Below are positions 10,201 to 18,214 of a DNA stretch of 21,854 nucleotides, in pieces. The position numbers were made by a program, and so were the translations under genes. This stretch comes from an uncultured Acidobacteriota bacterium (GTDB taxonomy: Bacteria > Acidobacteriota > Vicinamibacteria > Vicinamibacterales > UBA8438), in assembly GCA_913043225.1 (NCBI GenBank), contig CAJWLU010000037.1, forward strand, positions 1 to 21,854, given 5' to 3'. The notes under the pieces are model-generated. The model searched no databases. It was not told where the DNA came from and saw only the letters and a program-made list of their open reading frames with translations. Numbering within the stretch: the first letter of the stretch is position 1; every line of letters starts with the position of its first letter.

Positions 10201-12939
10201 TCAAGGGGTGGGAATACGTTGTTCAAGTTCTTCAAACCATTCAAGAACGACAGTGACCTGAGGGCCAGAACCACTTTCGTCCATCAACCGATCTGGCTTC
10301 AACATGACAAAGCGCATCCCATCAGGCGAGACATCGTAGTTGGGAACCCCCCCGATCCCACCGGCACTATTGTCAAGATCGTACCTTCCCGAAAACAATA
10401 CTTCCGGAGCAGTTGCACGGAGCACTTCGGACGAAGGTTCGACGGAAACGACCATCAACTGGTCTTCATCTCGATAGAACAGTTCTTGCCCGTCCTTAGA
10501 CCAAACGGGCTCTTTTCCCCCCTCGACAGATATGGCGTACTCTTGGGGTCCCGTAGTTGGATAAGGTCGTACGTAAACCTCGTCTTCCCCAGATTTATCT
10601 GAGACGTAGGCAAACCAGCGTCCGTTTGGAGAAAATGCCGGAGCACGATCTTGAAACGGCGTAGCGACCAGTGGTTCAGGTGCAGATACTCCCTCTAAAG
10701 GTAGAACCCAGATATCTCGAAATGATTCCGGGTGGTTTTCATAGAAGCCCAACGCTCGCCCATCAGATGTCCAGGTTGTTGGATACTGAATACCTGGTCT
10801 GTCGAGCAGTAACTCAGACTGACCTCCGCCATCGGCTCTAGTCACTCTTAAAGTATTCTGGAGTGTAATCCCGTCGGCGAAAGCTACCTGTTCGCCACCC
10901 GGTCCCCAGACCGGAAAAAAACGATTATTACCTCCAAAAGTCACTCGATAGCGAGAACCACGCTCTAGATCTAACATCCAGATATCCGCGTCACTACCAA
11001 GATCGTCTACGTTCTCAGATATGACTACAGCCAAAAACTCGCCGCTAGGTGAAAGACGAGGATACACATACTGTCCTGACCGCACATTCGCACCAATGGG
11101 CTCTTCACTTCCCTGCCTGTCGACCCAGACCAGCGAGCGTGACAATCCACTAACGTCGCCACTCTGGTAGACCAACCGACCCGCATCAGAAATCGTGAAA
11201 TTCGCCGCTCCTACAGCTTTCACCGACACTCCCTCCAGCAACGGGACCGGATTTCCTTCGATCTTCCGTTCAGTCTGATCGAAACGGACTCCGAAGATCG
11301 CGCCACCTTCCACTGCGTAGATCAAATGCCCTGTTGCAACGTAGCGTGGATTCAACCCTGCAAGATTGAGCCGCGTCACTTCGCGCGTGCTTAGATCAAG
11401 TACTGCAAGTTGTCCATTCGCCTCTACTGGTGTTCCGGTCGCAATGACGAACACCACAGCTCTACCGTCTGGCAAAATAGACGGCCAATAGTGGCCCACT
11501 TCGCCATTGTCGGTATCTACTACTGTCAATGCTTCCGGTTCGCCACCGCCGGCTGGCACTTGAAACAAACCACCTCCAGCGGTACCCACAATGATCTCGT
11601 CATTAGGGCCCCAGCTACCACCGCGCACCGGAGACGGCAAACTAGCAATCGTCGCAGGAGGCCCCCCAGAGATCGATACCCTCTGCAGCGGATTGCCTCC
11701 ACTTGCACTTACGAAAGCAACCCATTCACCATCAGGTGAAATAAATGCACCAGCGGCACCATCTGTACCACGTAACAGTAGGCTTTCTAGCTCATTGACC
11801 TCACGAATATAAAGCCCCATATCCCCTGTATACACGACCCGCGCGCCGTCTGGAGAAATGGCGAGATCCGGTTGCTGTGCTGTCACAGGAACAAATTCAG
11901 GCGCTTCGATAGTGAATCGCATTATTTCTGGAGTCTGCTCTGAACTAGGTCGAAACATCGAAGTTGAAAAGCCAGCGGCGATTCCGACGAATAACATCGC
12001 CAACGCCAGCGGGAGCGGCCGCTGCCAAAAGGGCCGCGTCGTCCCGGACTCAACTTCTAGCGCCCCCTCAACCTCCGTCTCGAACGCCCCCCTCATGGCG
12101 AGTCGCACATCACCGATGTCGCGCATCCGCTCGCGCGGCTCTTTCGCCAAACAACGGCGCAATAAGCTGCCGAGGTTTCGCGGCAAGTCGTTCGGTAGTT
12201 TTTCCCACGTCGGCTCCTGCATCATCACGGCAGCCAACGTCTCCGACCCCGTCTCGCCACTAAATAGACGCTGTCCCGTCAAGACCTCGAACAAGACAAC
12301 CCCGAACGCCCAAATGTCCGCCCGTTTATCGACAGGCTTACCCTTAGCTTGCTCTGGGGCCATGTACGCTGCGGTTCCGATCACCATCCCCTGCTGCGTC
12401 GCCGATGTCGTCAACGACGTCCTGGCCGACGTCGTCGCACCCTCGCCGCTGCTATCAGACGCAACCGCCTTCGCCAGACCGAAATCCAGCACCTTCACCG
12501 TACCGTCGGTCTTCACCTTCACGTTGGCCGGCTTCAGGTCGCGGTGAATAATGCCCTGCTCGTGGGCGGCCTCCAGCGCCTCGGCAATCTGCCCAGCAAT
12601 CTCTAGAGCCTCGTCAACCGGGATGGGGCCTTCCGCAATCCGATCCGCCAACGTCGGCCCATCGATCAACTCCAGCACCAACGCCTGCACGTCGTCGGCA
12701 CGCTCGAACCCGTAAATGCCACCGATGTTGGGATGGTTCAACGAGGCGAGGACTTTGGCTTCTCGTTGAAACCGAGCCAAAAGGTCCGGATCAGCAGTGA
12801 ACCCGGCGGGCAACACCTTGAGGGCCACATCGCGGTCCAGGGTGGTATCACGGGCCTGATACACCTCTCCCATCCCGCCTTCCCCAATCTTGGCGGTGAC
12901 CTCATAGATCCCGACACGTGTGCCACTCGTCAGTGCCAT
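10201..12939 (-). CDS. Ser/Thr protein kinase with C-terminal PD40/TolB-like beta-propellers
   Basis: IGEGGMGEVY, VALK, HRDLKPAN, DFG, GTAAYMAPE, DIWAFG; hydrophobic segment; repeated SPDG/SPNG propeller motifs. Confidence 0.95.
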   Translation of the reverse strand: MALTSGTRVGIYEVTAKIGEGGMGEVYQARDTTLDRDVALKVLPAGFTADPDLLARFQREAKVLASLNHPNIGGIYGFERADDVQALVLELIDGPTLADRIAEGPIPVDEALEIAGQIAEALEAAHEQGIIHRDLKPANVKVKTDGTVKVLDFGLAKAVASDSSGEGATTSARTSLTTSATQQGMVIGTAAYMAPEQAKGKPVDKRADIWAFGVVLFEVLTGQRLFSGETGSETLAAVMMQEPTWEKLPNDLPRNLGSLLRRCLAKEPRERMRDIGDVRLAMRGAFETEVEGALEVESGTTRPFWQRPLPLALAMLFVGIAAGFSTSMFRPSSEQTPEIMRFTIEAPEFVPVTAQQPDLAISPDGARVVYTGDMGLYIREVNELESLLLRGTDGAAGAFISPDGEWVAFVSASGGNPLQRVSISGGPPATIASLPSPVRGGSWGPNDEIIVGTAGGGLFQVPAGGGEPEALTVVDTDNGEVGHYWPSILPDGRAVVFVIATGTPVEANGQLAVLDLSTREVTRLNLAGLNPRYVATGHLIYAVEGGAIFGVRFDQTERKIEGNPVPLLEGVSVKAVGAANFTISDAGRLVYQSGDVSGLSRSLVWVDRQGSEEPIGANVRSGQYVYPRLSPSGEFLAVVISENVDDLGSDADIWMLDLERGSRYRVTFGGNNRFFPVWGPGGEQVAFADGITLQNTLRVTRADGGGQSELLLDRPGIQYPTTWTSDGRALGFYENHPESFRDIWVLPLEGVSAPEPLVATPFQDRAPAFSPNGRWFAYVSDKSGEDEVYVRPYPTTGPQEYAISVEGGKEPVWSKDGQELFYRDEDQLMVVSVEPSSEVLRATAPEVLFSGRYDLDNSAGGIGGVPNYDVSPDGMRFVMLKPDRLMDESGSGPQVTVVLEWFEELEQRIPTP

Positions 12940-13071
12940 CCACGCCTCCGAATTCTCAATCTAGGAACGAAAAAACGAGTATAGCGCCGTCGTCTCGGAA
13001 AACGGCGGCGATTACCAAAGGCGGAGCATGTGGATCGCTTCGATCACGCGGTATCGTGTCTAAGCCTCGGC

Positions 13072-13158
13072 CTACTCGCGAACCCCGGTGCTGGCCTTGT
13101 TACGTGCGCCCTTAGGCCAACCAAATTGATTCCCTGATTCGCCCGGTCTAAATGGCAC
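13072..13158 (-). pseudogene. Decayed second copy of the DUF5681 gene
   Basis: Aligns with 9782-9868 at offset 3290, including a 33-bp exact match (9840-9872 = 13130-13162). Reads VPFRPGESGNQFGWPKGARNKASTGVRE*, with TGG changed to TAG. Confidence 0.85.
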
Positions 13159-13238
13159 TGTTTCGAAGCTGTTCTTTACAGGCAAGGCTACGACTTTCGC
13201 CGCTGGCGTACATTTTGACCCTAACCTGAATCGACACA

Positions 13239-13260
13239 CGTCTCCAGAATGTCTCCATGA
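13239..13260. repeat. Putative arm-type site, variant A (CGTCTCCAGAATGTCTCCATGA)
   Basis: Identical to 16694-16715; internal GTCTCCA direct repeat with 11-bp period; lies 147 bp before the att core. Confidence 0.7.
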
Positions 13261-13386
13261 CGGAGGTCGATACAGAAAGACTCACGGTGACTGGCGTGGA
13301 GAGTTCGGCGAGGCTAAGTGCCGTGGATCGAACCCGTTAGAATCAGAAGTCACGCGCTATCACCAAGTTAGAGAAACGCATTAACA

Positions 13387-13412
13387 GGGTTCGACTCCCG
13401 CCGCCTCCACCA
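13387..13412 (+). repeat. att core: duplicated 3' end of tmRNA (GGGTTCGACTCCCGCCGCCTCCACCA)
   Basis: T-loop TTCGA, acceptor strand CGCCTCC-A-CCA with the Ala-type U70. The upstream half of the T-stem is incomplete, so this is a fragment. Identical to 16625-16650. Confidence 0.85.
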
Positions 13413-13513
13413 ACACGACGTCCAGCCAGAACGGTCTCGCCGTTCAACCCCGGCGTGCATTCGTCCGGAAGACCGCATTGCGCGGTCGTGCCGGAGGGCA
13501 CCCGCGCCAGGGA

Positions 13514-15373
13514 CTAGTTCCCGGGAGCCAGCGCGAACACGTAGAGGGTGCTGCCCGCCCGACGGAACCGAGCCGCCGCGTCAGCCTCGGTCTCGTCCGT
13601 GATCTGGCCGGGAGCGTTACGCTGGCTGCCGATGATGGCGACATATTGCCGGCCGTTCGGACCAAGGTAGGTGATGGGCGAGTTGCGGAAGCCGCTTCCC
13701 GTCCGGAACGTCCAGAGGACGTCCCCGTCTCGGGCGTCGAACGCGCGGACCATCCCCTGGTCGGGGCCACCCTGAAAGACCAGGTCCCCCCCGGTCGCCA
13801 TGACGGGGGCCATGTTGCGTTCGTTCCAGTCGATCCGCCAGACGGTTTCGCCCGCTACCGGATCGTTGGCCTGCAGGGCCGCGACGTGGTCCTCCCCGGG
13901 AGGACGCGGGATCTGTCCGCCACGCTCACGCAACGTGTAATCGTTACCCGGCACATACTCACCTTCGACCATCCGGAGGTAGTCGCATTCATTGGATGTC
14001 GGGGTGTAGACAAGCCCGGTGCGCGGCGAATACGCGTCGTTCTGCCAGTTCCTCGCGGCGATGCCGGGACACCAGCCCACGGCCACGTTCTCGGCATCGG
14101 GCACGTATCGTTGCCGATCCTCGAGGTCGGTGAACATGATCTTGCTGAGGTCGTACCGTGGTCGACCGGTCTCCATGTTCACACCCTGGATCAGATCGTT
14201 GTAGACGAAGCTCCAGGGCTCGAGGAGCATCTCCCCGGTCGCGCGATCGAACACGTAGAAGAAGCCGTTGCGCCCCGGGTGGACCAACGTCTCTCGGAGA
14301 CGGCCGTCAATCTCGAGGTCGACGAGAATGTTCGTACCGGGCTCGTCGATGTCCCACTGGTCCTGAGGCGTGACGTTGTAGGCCCAGATCAGCTCGCCGC
14401 TATCGGCATCGCGGGCCAGGATCGACGCACAGTAGTTGTTCCGGTAGCTGGTGAGCCCCCCGTCCTCGTCCAGTTCCACCACACCCCAGGGCCGGCGATA
14501 GTCCGGGTTCCAGGGGCCGCAGTTGGCGGTGCCGTAGTAGAACAGGTTCAACGCCGGGTCGAAGGTGAACCAGCCCCAGACCGTGCCTCCGCCGCGTCGC
14601 CAGGAGTCACCAAACCAGGTATCGAGGGCCGGGTTCTCGATACGATCGTCGGGGTAGAAGGGCGCAAAGCGGGGTCCGATGCCAACCTCGTTGTTCGGCC
14701 CCATGCTGTAGTAACGCCACCGAAGGTTGCCGCTCTCGATGTCGTAGGCGGTGACGTGGCCGCGCACGCCGCGTTCCCCACCCGCTACGCCGACGATGAC
14801 CTTGTTGTTGACGACCAGCGGCATCGCGGTCACCGTCTCGCCTGTGCTGATGTCGGCGTTCTCCGCCCGCCAGTTGACCTCGCCGGTCTCGGCGTCGAGC
14901 GAGAACACCTGTCCGTCGAGGGTGGCGAAGAAGACGCGGCCGTCGTCGTAGGCCAGACCCCGGGTCTGCGCTCCGCAGCACGCGCTCCGCAGGGTCATCT
15001 CGAAGTCGGCGAACTCCGGTCGAAACTCCCACTTGATGGCGCCCTGCCGGGTCAGATCGAGCGCGTAGACGTGATTCGGTTTCGGGGTCACGAGATACAT
15101 CGTGTCGCCAATTACGAGCGGCGAAGCCTCGAACGAATCCTGGATGCCGAGCTGCATGGTCCACGTCATCGCCAGGTTCTCGACATTGTCGACGTTGATC
15201 TGGTCCAGCGGGCTGTAGTTCCAGCCTGCATAGTTGCCATTGGGCATGACCCATTGCGAGCCGTCACTTTCCGACGCCGGCTGACCGAACGCCGGGTCGG
15301 GGGCCGGGGCGATCCACAGTAGCGAGAAGAGCGGAATCCAGCTCCAGCGAAGTCGGGTGGTCGGAAGGTTCAT
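13514..15373 (-). CDS. PQQ-dependent dehydrogenase, methanol/ethanol family (XoxF/ExaF-like motifs)
   Basis: RBS gaaggag before ATG 15373; YSPLDQIN, vicinal CC (SACCGAQTRG), GGERGVRGHVTAYD, YGTANCGPWNP, TPQDQWDIDE, GRNGFFYVFDR. Confidence 0.9.
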   Translation of the reverse strand: MNLPTTRLRWSWIPLFSLLWIAPAPDPAFGQPASESDGSQWVMPNGNYAGWNYSPLDQINVDNVENLAMTWTMQLGIQDSFEASPLVIGDTMYLVTPKPNHVYALDLTRQGAIKWEFRPEFADFEMTLRSACCGAQTRGLAYDDGRVFFATLDGQVFSLDAETGEVNWRAENADISTGETVTAMPLVVNNKVIVGVAGGERGVRGHVTAYDIESGNLRWRYYSMGPNNEVGIGPRFAPFYPDDRIENPALDTWFGDSWRRGGGTVWGWFTFDPALNLFYYGTANCGPWNPDYRRPWGVVELDEDGGLTSYRNNYCASILARDADSGELIWAYNVTPQDQWDIDEPGTNILVDLEIDGRLRETLVHPGRNGFFYVFDRATGEMLLEPWSFVYNDLIQGVNMETGRPRYDLSKIMFTDLEDRQRYVPDAENVAVGWCPGIAARNWQNDAYSPRTGLVYTPTSNECDYLRMVEGEYVPGNDYTLRERGGQIPRPPGEDHVAALQANDPVAGETVWRIDWNERNMAPVMATGGDLVFQGGPDQGMVRAFDARDGDVLWTFRTGSGFRNSPITYLGPNGRQYVAIIGSQRNAPGQITDETEADAAARFRRAGSTLYVFALAPGN

Positions 15374-15404
15374 CGCACGCTCCTTCGATTCAGTCATGCG
15401 TCGC

Positions 15405-15872
15405 TCAGTCGTCTTCGGCCTCGTGTAGCCGGTAGAACCCGACCACACGCAGGTCGACCACGATGTCCTGCTCGCCTTCGTTGTTGAAGTACCAGCCGTG
15501 AATGCCGTCGAAGGGCGCCGCCAGCGAGCCCTGTTCCCGGTCCGCCTGGTGGGAGTCATAGATCATGACCGTGCCCGGTTCCTCGCCCTGGCGGATCGTA
15601 TGGCCGTGGAACTCGGCGGTGAACTGCCCCGGCTCGACCTGGGTGGTCCACCGGTAGGTGATGGTCTCGCCGGCGTCCATCTCGAGCATGAACTCCAGAG
15701 CCTCCCCGGCGGGCACCAGAATCTGATAGTCGCCTTCGTGCAACTCGCCGGTCGTCGCGAAGAACGTCCCCTCGTCCAGGGGCGCCTCGATCCAGGGTCC
15801 TGAAGCGGTGCGGCAGCCGGCGGCAACCGCCACCATCGTCACGAACAGCGGGATGGTAAACGCAAGTCTCAC
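15405..15872 (-). CDS. Hypothetical lipoprotein, possibly metal-binding
   Basis: GTG at 15872 after aagga; lipobox AAGC; conserved-looking EFHGH and APFDGIHGWYF motifs; co-oriented 31 bp upstream of the PQQ gene. Confidence 0.75.
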   Translation of the reverse strand: MRLAFTIPLFVTMVAVAAGCRTASGPWIEAPLDEGTFFATTGELHEGDYQILVPAGEALEFMLEMDAGETITYRWTTQVEPGQFTAEFHGHTIRQGEEPGTVMIYDSHQADREQGSLAAPFDGIHGWYFNNEGEQDIVVDLRVVGFYRLHEAEDD

Positions 15873-16030
15873 GAGAGTCCTTTCGTATGGCACGGCCCCT
15901 TGTACCACAGCCTGGCGAGAGTGAGCGGCTCGAAGCACTGGTGGACCATCTGACACCCCAGTAGCGTGCGATGTCATGGCCAGTGCCGGGGCGCCTCCAA
16001 GTAGAATGCCGCGGTCAAGGAAGATCGCAG

Positions 16031-16280
16031 ATGAGCACACTTCTCCAGAGCTCGGCTAGATGCTTCGGCGTGATCGTGGCCGTCCTGGGTGTCGCCCTGT
16101 GTTGGCCACACCCAACCAGCGGGCAGTCACCTTCCGGGGTTGCGGCCGTGCATGCGCTGGCGAGTTGACCGTGCTGTTCGCTGCCCAACACCTCCACTCG
16201 CGTAGACCCTGGTCGTCGTTGCATCGACTGTAGCTCTGCCCCAGGCCAGCCGCCGCTAAGGTGCATCGGCAGTAAGTCAC
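16031..16280 (+). pseudogene. Probable decayed gene for a secreted protein
   Basis: Signal-peptide-like MSTLLQSSARCFGVIVAVLGVALCW; stop at 16168 with a protein-like continuation in another frame (ELTVLF..); TAGAAT upstream. Confidence 0.3.
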
Positions 16281-16474
16281 CGCACCCATCACTCTGTCAG
16301 TACCAGCCCGTCTCCGCTTCGTGGATGGGGTGACTTCACCTCAGCTTGATAAGCGACTCCCCCTCCCCCCACAGCTACCGCGGGCCCACTGTTGGCGTCA
16401 TCGACAACAATGCACGGGCGATGGTGCCTCGTGTGCGTCAGCGTATAAGTACAACGGGGATGCGGTCGGGGGGG

Positions 16475-16493
16475 CGTCTCCCCTATCTCTCCC
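16475..16493. repeat. Putative arm-type site, variant C
   Basis: Exact match to 6-24; lies 149 bp before the att core at 16625. Confidence 0.7.
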
Positions 16494-16624
16494 TGACTGG
16501 GGTTCACTCAGGCGTATTGCGGTGGACACCAGTGCACAGGCGACCAGCGACACGGGCACAGTGAATACGGCGAGAATCTGCGAAAGTCGTTCGCCATAAA
16601 CAAGTTATGGCTATTGTCTCGTTT

Positions 16625-16650
16625 GGGTTCGACTCCCGCCGCCTCCACCA
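16625..16650 (+). repeat. att core: duplicated 3' end of tmRNA at the junction with the integrase-bearing element
   Basis: Identical to 13387-13412; 31 bp from the integrase stop codon; AT-rich IHF-like sequences on both sides. Confidence 0.88.
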
Positions 16651-16681
16651 CTTAAGTCATTTATTTACAGCATCTTATTTC

Positions 16682-17791
16682 TCAGCTTTGCGCCGTCTCC
16701 AGAATGTCTCCATGACTTTGTCCCGGAGGCGGTGCATCCAGCAGCCGAATCGCCCGCTCCATCTCTGCCGGACTCAGGTGCATGTAGCGTTGAGTCGTGG
16801 ACAGGTCCTGGTGGCCAGCCAACTCCTGGATGGCTCGTGCCGGAGCCCCACGCATCGCCAGGTGTGAACAGAACGTGTGCCGCAGGATATGCACACCGGG
16901 GCGAACGCGCGCCCGTCGTGCAACCTGCTTCATCGTCCCCTGCACCACCTTCTGCGTGAGCGGAGCGCCGCAGCGTGTCGTCAGCACCCGCGCCCGTCGT
17001 AGATTCCGATGACGCCGCAATGCCTCGTGGAGTCGCTCAGTCAGAGGCACATGTCTTGGGCGACCACCTTTGGTCGCCGTGATGTGCCCCTTCCAGTCTG
17101 AGCGGGCCACGCTGAGCTGTCCCCGCTCCAAGTCCACGTCGCGCCACTCAAGCGCCATCATCTCGCCGCATCGCAGGCCGGCGTGGCCACCCAACAACAC
17201 GATAAGTTCAGGGACCGGGCCTAACGCGACACCGGCCGTCACCAAGCGCTCGAACTCCTCGAAGTCATGGAACGGAGCCACCGTCTTCGGCGTACGGAGT
17301 AGCCGGATCCGGCACGGCACCTGGTCGATGACATCCCACTCCACGGCAGTCTTGAGGAGCGTGTTCAGCACGGCAAGGACGTTGTTCACCGTCTTGGCGG
17401 ACTTCTTCGAGAGTCGTCCTTTGATCCGCTGGACGTCCTCGTTGGTGATGGCATCGAGCCGTTTTCGGCCAAGTGGCGGCAGTAAGTGGACGCGGAGGAT
17501 ACTCTCCGTCGCCGCGATCCCACTCGGCTTGCCCCGGTTGGCCTTGGCGTGCCCCTCGATGAACCGCCGGACAAAGTTTTGTAGCGTCGGCACCTCCTTC
17601 CGTGGGTGTGTTTGACAGGTTGGTGGATGGATGAGCCGTGCGCGCTCGCGGGCCTGTCCCCACCGGCGTGCGGCCGTTCTCGACGACATCGGCGCTCGTC
17701 GCCGTTCTCGCCACTGTGTCCCATCCGGTAGGACCATCATGATGTCCACTTCCCAACCGCCGCGTCGATACGGTCTAACGGTCACGCTCAT
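16682..17791 (-). CDS. int: Tyrosine recombinase / phage integrase
   Basis: All catalytic residues present: GLRCGE (R), TKGG (K), HILRH, LAGH, TQRY (Y); SAM-like central domain. Confidence 0.95.
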   Translation of the reverse strand: MSVTVRPYRRGGWEVDIMMVLPDGTQWRERRRAPMSSRTAARRWGQARERARLIHPPTCQTHPRKEVPTLQNFVRRFIEGHAKANRGKPSGIAATESILRVHLLPPLGRKRLDAITNEDVQRIKGRLSKKSAKTVNNVLAVLNTLLKTAVEWDVIDQVPCRIRLLRTPKTVAPFHDFEEFERLVTAGVALGPVPELIVLLGGHAGLRCGEMMALEWRDVDLERGQLSVARSDWKGHITATKGGRPRHVPLTERLHEALRRHRNLRRARVLTTRCGAPLTQKVVQGTMKQVARRARVRPGVHILRHTFCSHLAMRGAPARAIQELAGHQDLSTTQRYMHLSPAEMERAIRLLDAPPPGQSHGDILETAQS

Positions 17792-17797
17792 TGCTAC

Positions 17798-18001
17798 TTA
17801 CTCCTTCGGCAACGGCGCGGACTTCTGATCGAGCCAGTGTACTAGTGCATCCTGACGCAATAGCAGTCGTCGCCCAATCCTGGTCACGCCTGGCAATTGC
17901 CCCCGTTCCACCATCGCGTAAATCGCTGACCGGGACGTGCGCAAGATATCGGCGACCTCCGCCGTCGTGAAATACCGAGGGGTCTCATGTACACCGGTCA
18001 T
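17798..18001 (-). CDS. Excisionase-like helix-turn-helix (HTH_17/AlpA-type) protein
   Basis: YFTTAEVADILRTSRSAIYAMVERGQLPGVTRIGRRLL; directly upstream of int. Confidence 0.88.
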   Translation of the reverse strand: MTGVHETPRYFTTAEVADILRTSRSAIYAMVERGQLPGVTRIGRRLLLRQDALVHWLDQKSAPLPKE

Positions 18002-18127
18002 GTCGTGGTGGCTCCCGTCTCTGGCAAGAGTGGCACCATGGCCGCCCCACCGGCTTGAAGCCGATACCGCGGCAGCTGCAATATCGTTCGGTCGGTCGAC
18101 ATACCTCTCCTTCAGCAAGCAGATGAT

Positions 18128-18145
18128 TTTGAACACGTGTTCAAA
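18128..18145. promoter_or_regulatory. Perfect 18-bp palindrome TTTGAACACGTGTTCAAA upstream of xis-int
   Basis: Seen directly; second copy at 9981-9998. Confidence 0.6.
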
Positions 18146-18214
18146 TTGCCCACCGCACGGCGTTAGCCCATGACCACTTGTCTTCATTCGTTTCCCGCTT
18201 TGTGCCTGATGTGT

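Noticed and set aside
9862..10602. 246-aa plus-strand ORF
   Set aside because: Overlaps the kinase antisense and non-coding arm/palindrome DNA; no protein motifs.
13340..13412. tRNA-Ala gene
   Set aside because: No acceptor 5' strand, D-arm or anticodon arm upstream; only the 26-bp 3' fragment is present.
16470..16650. Intact tmRNA or tRNA gene (GGGGGCG at 16470 could pair with CGCCTCC)
   Set aside because: The span is about 180 nt, too short for tmRNA and too long for tRNA. The 5' T-stem is incomplete, and the GGGGGCG overlaps the arm motif.
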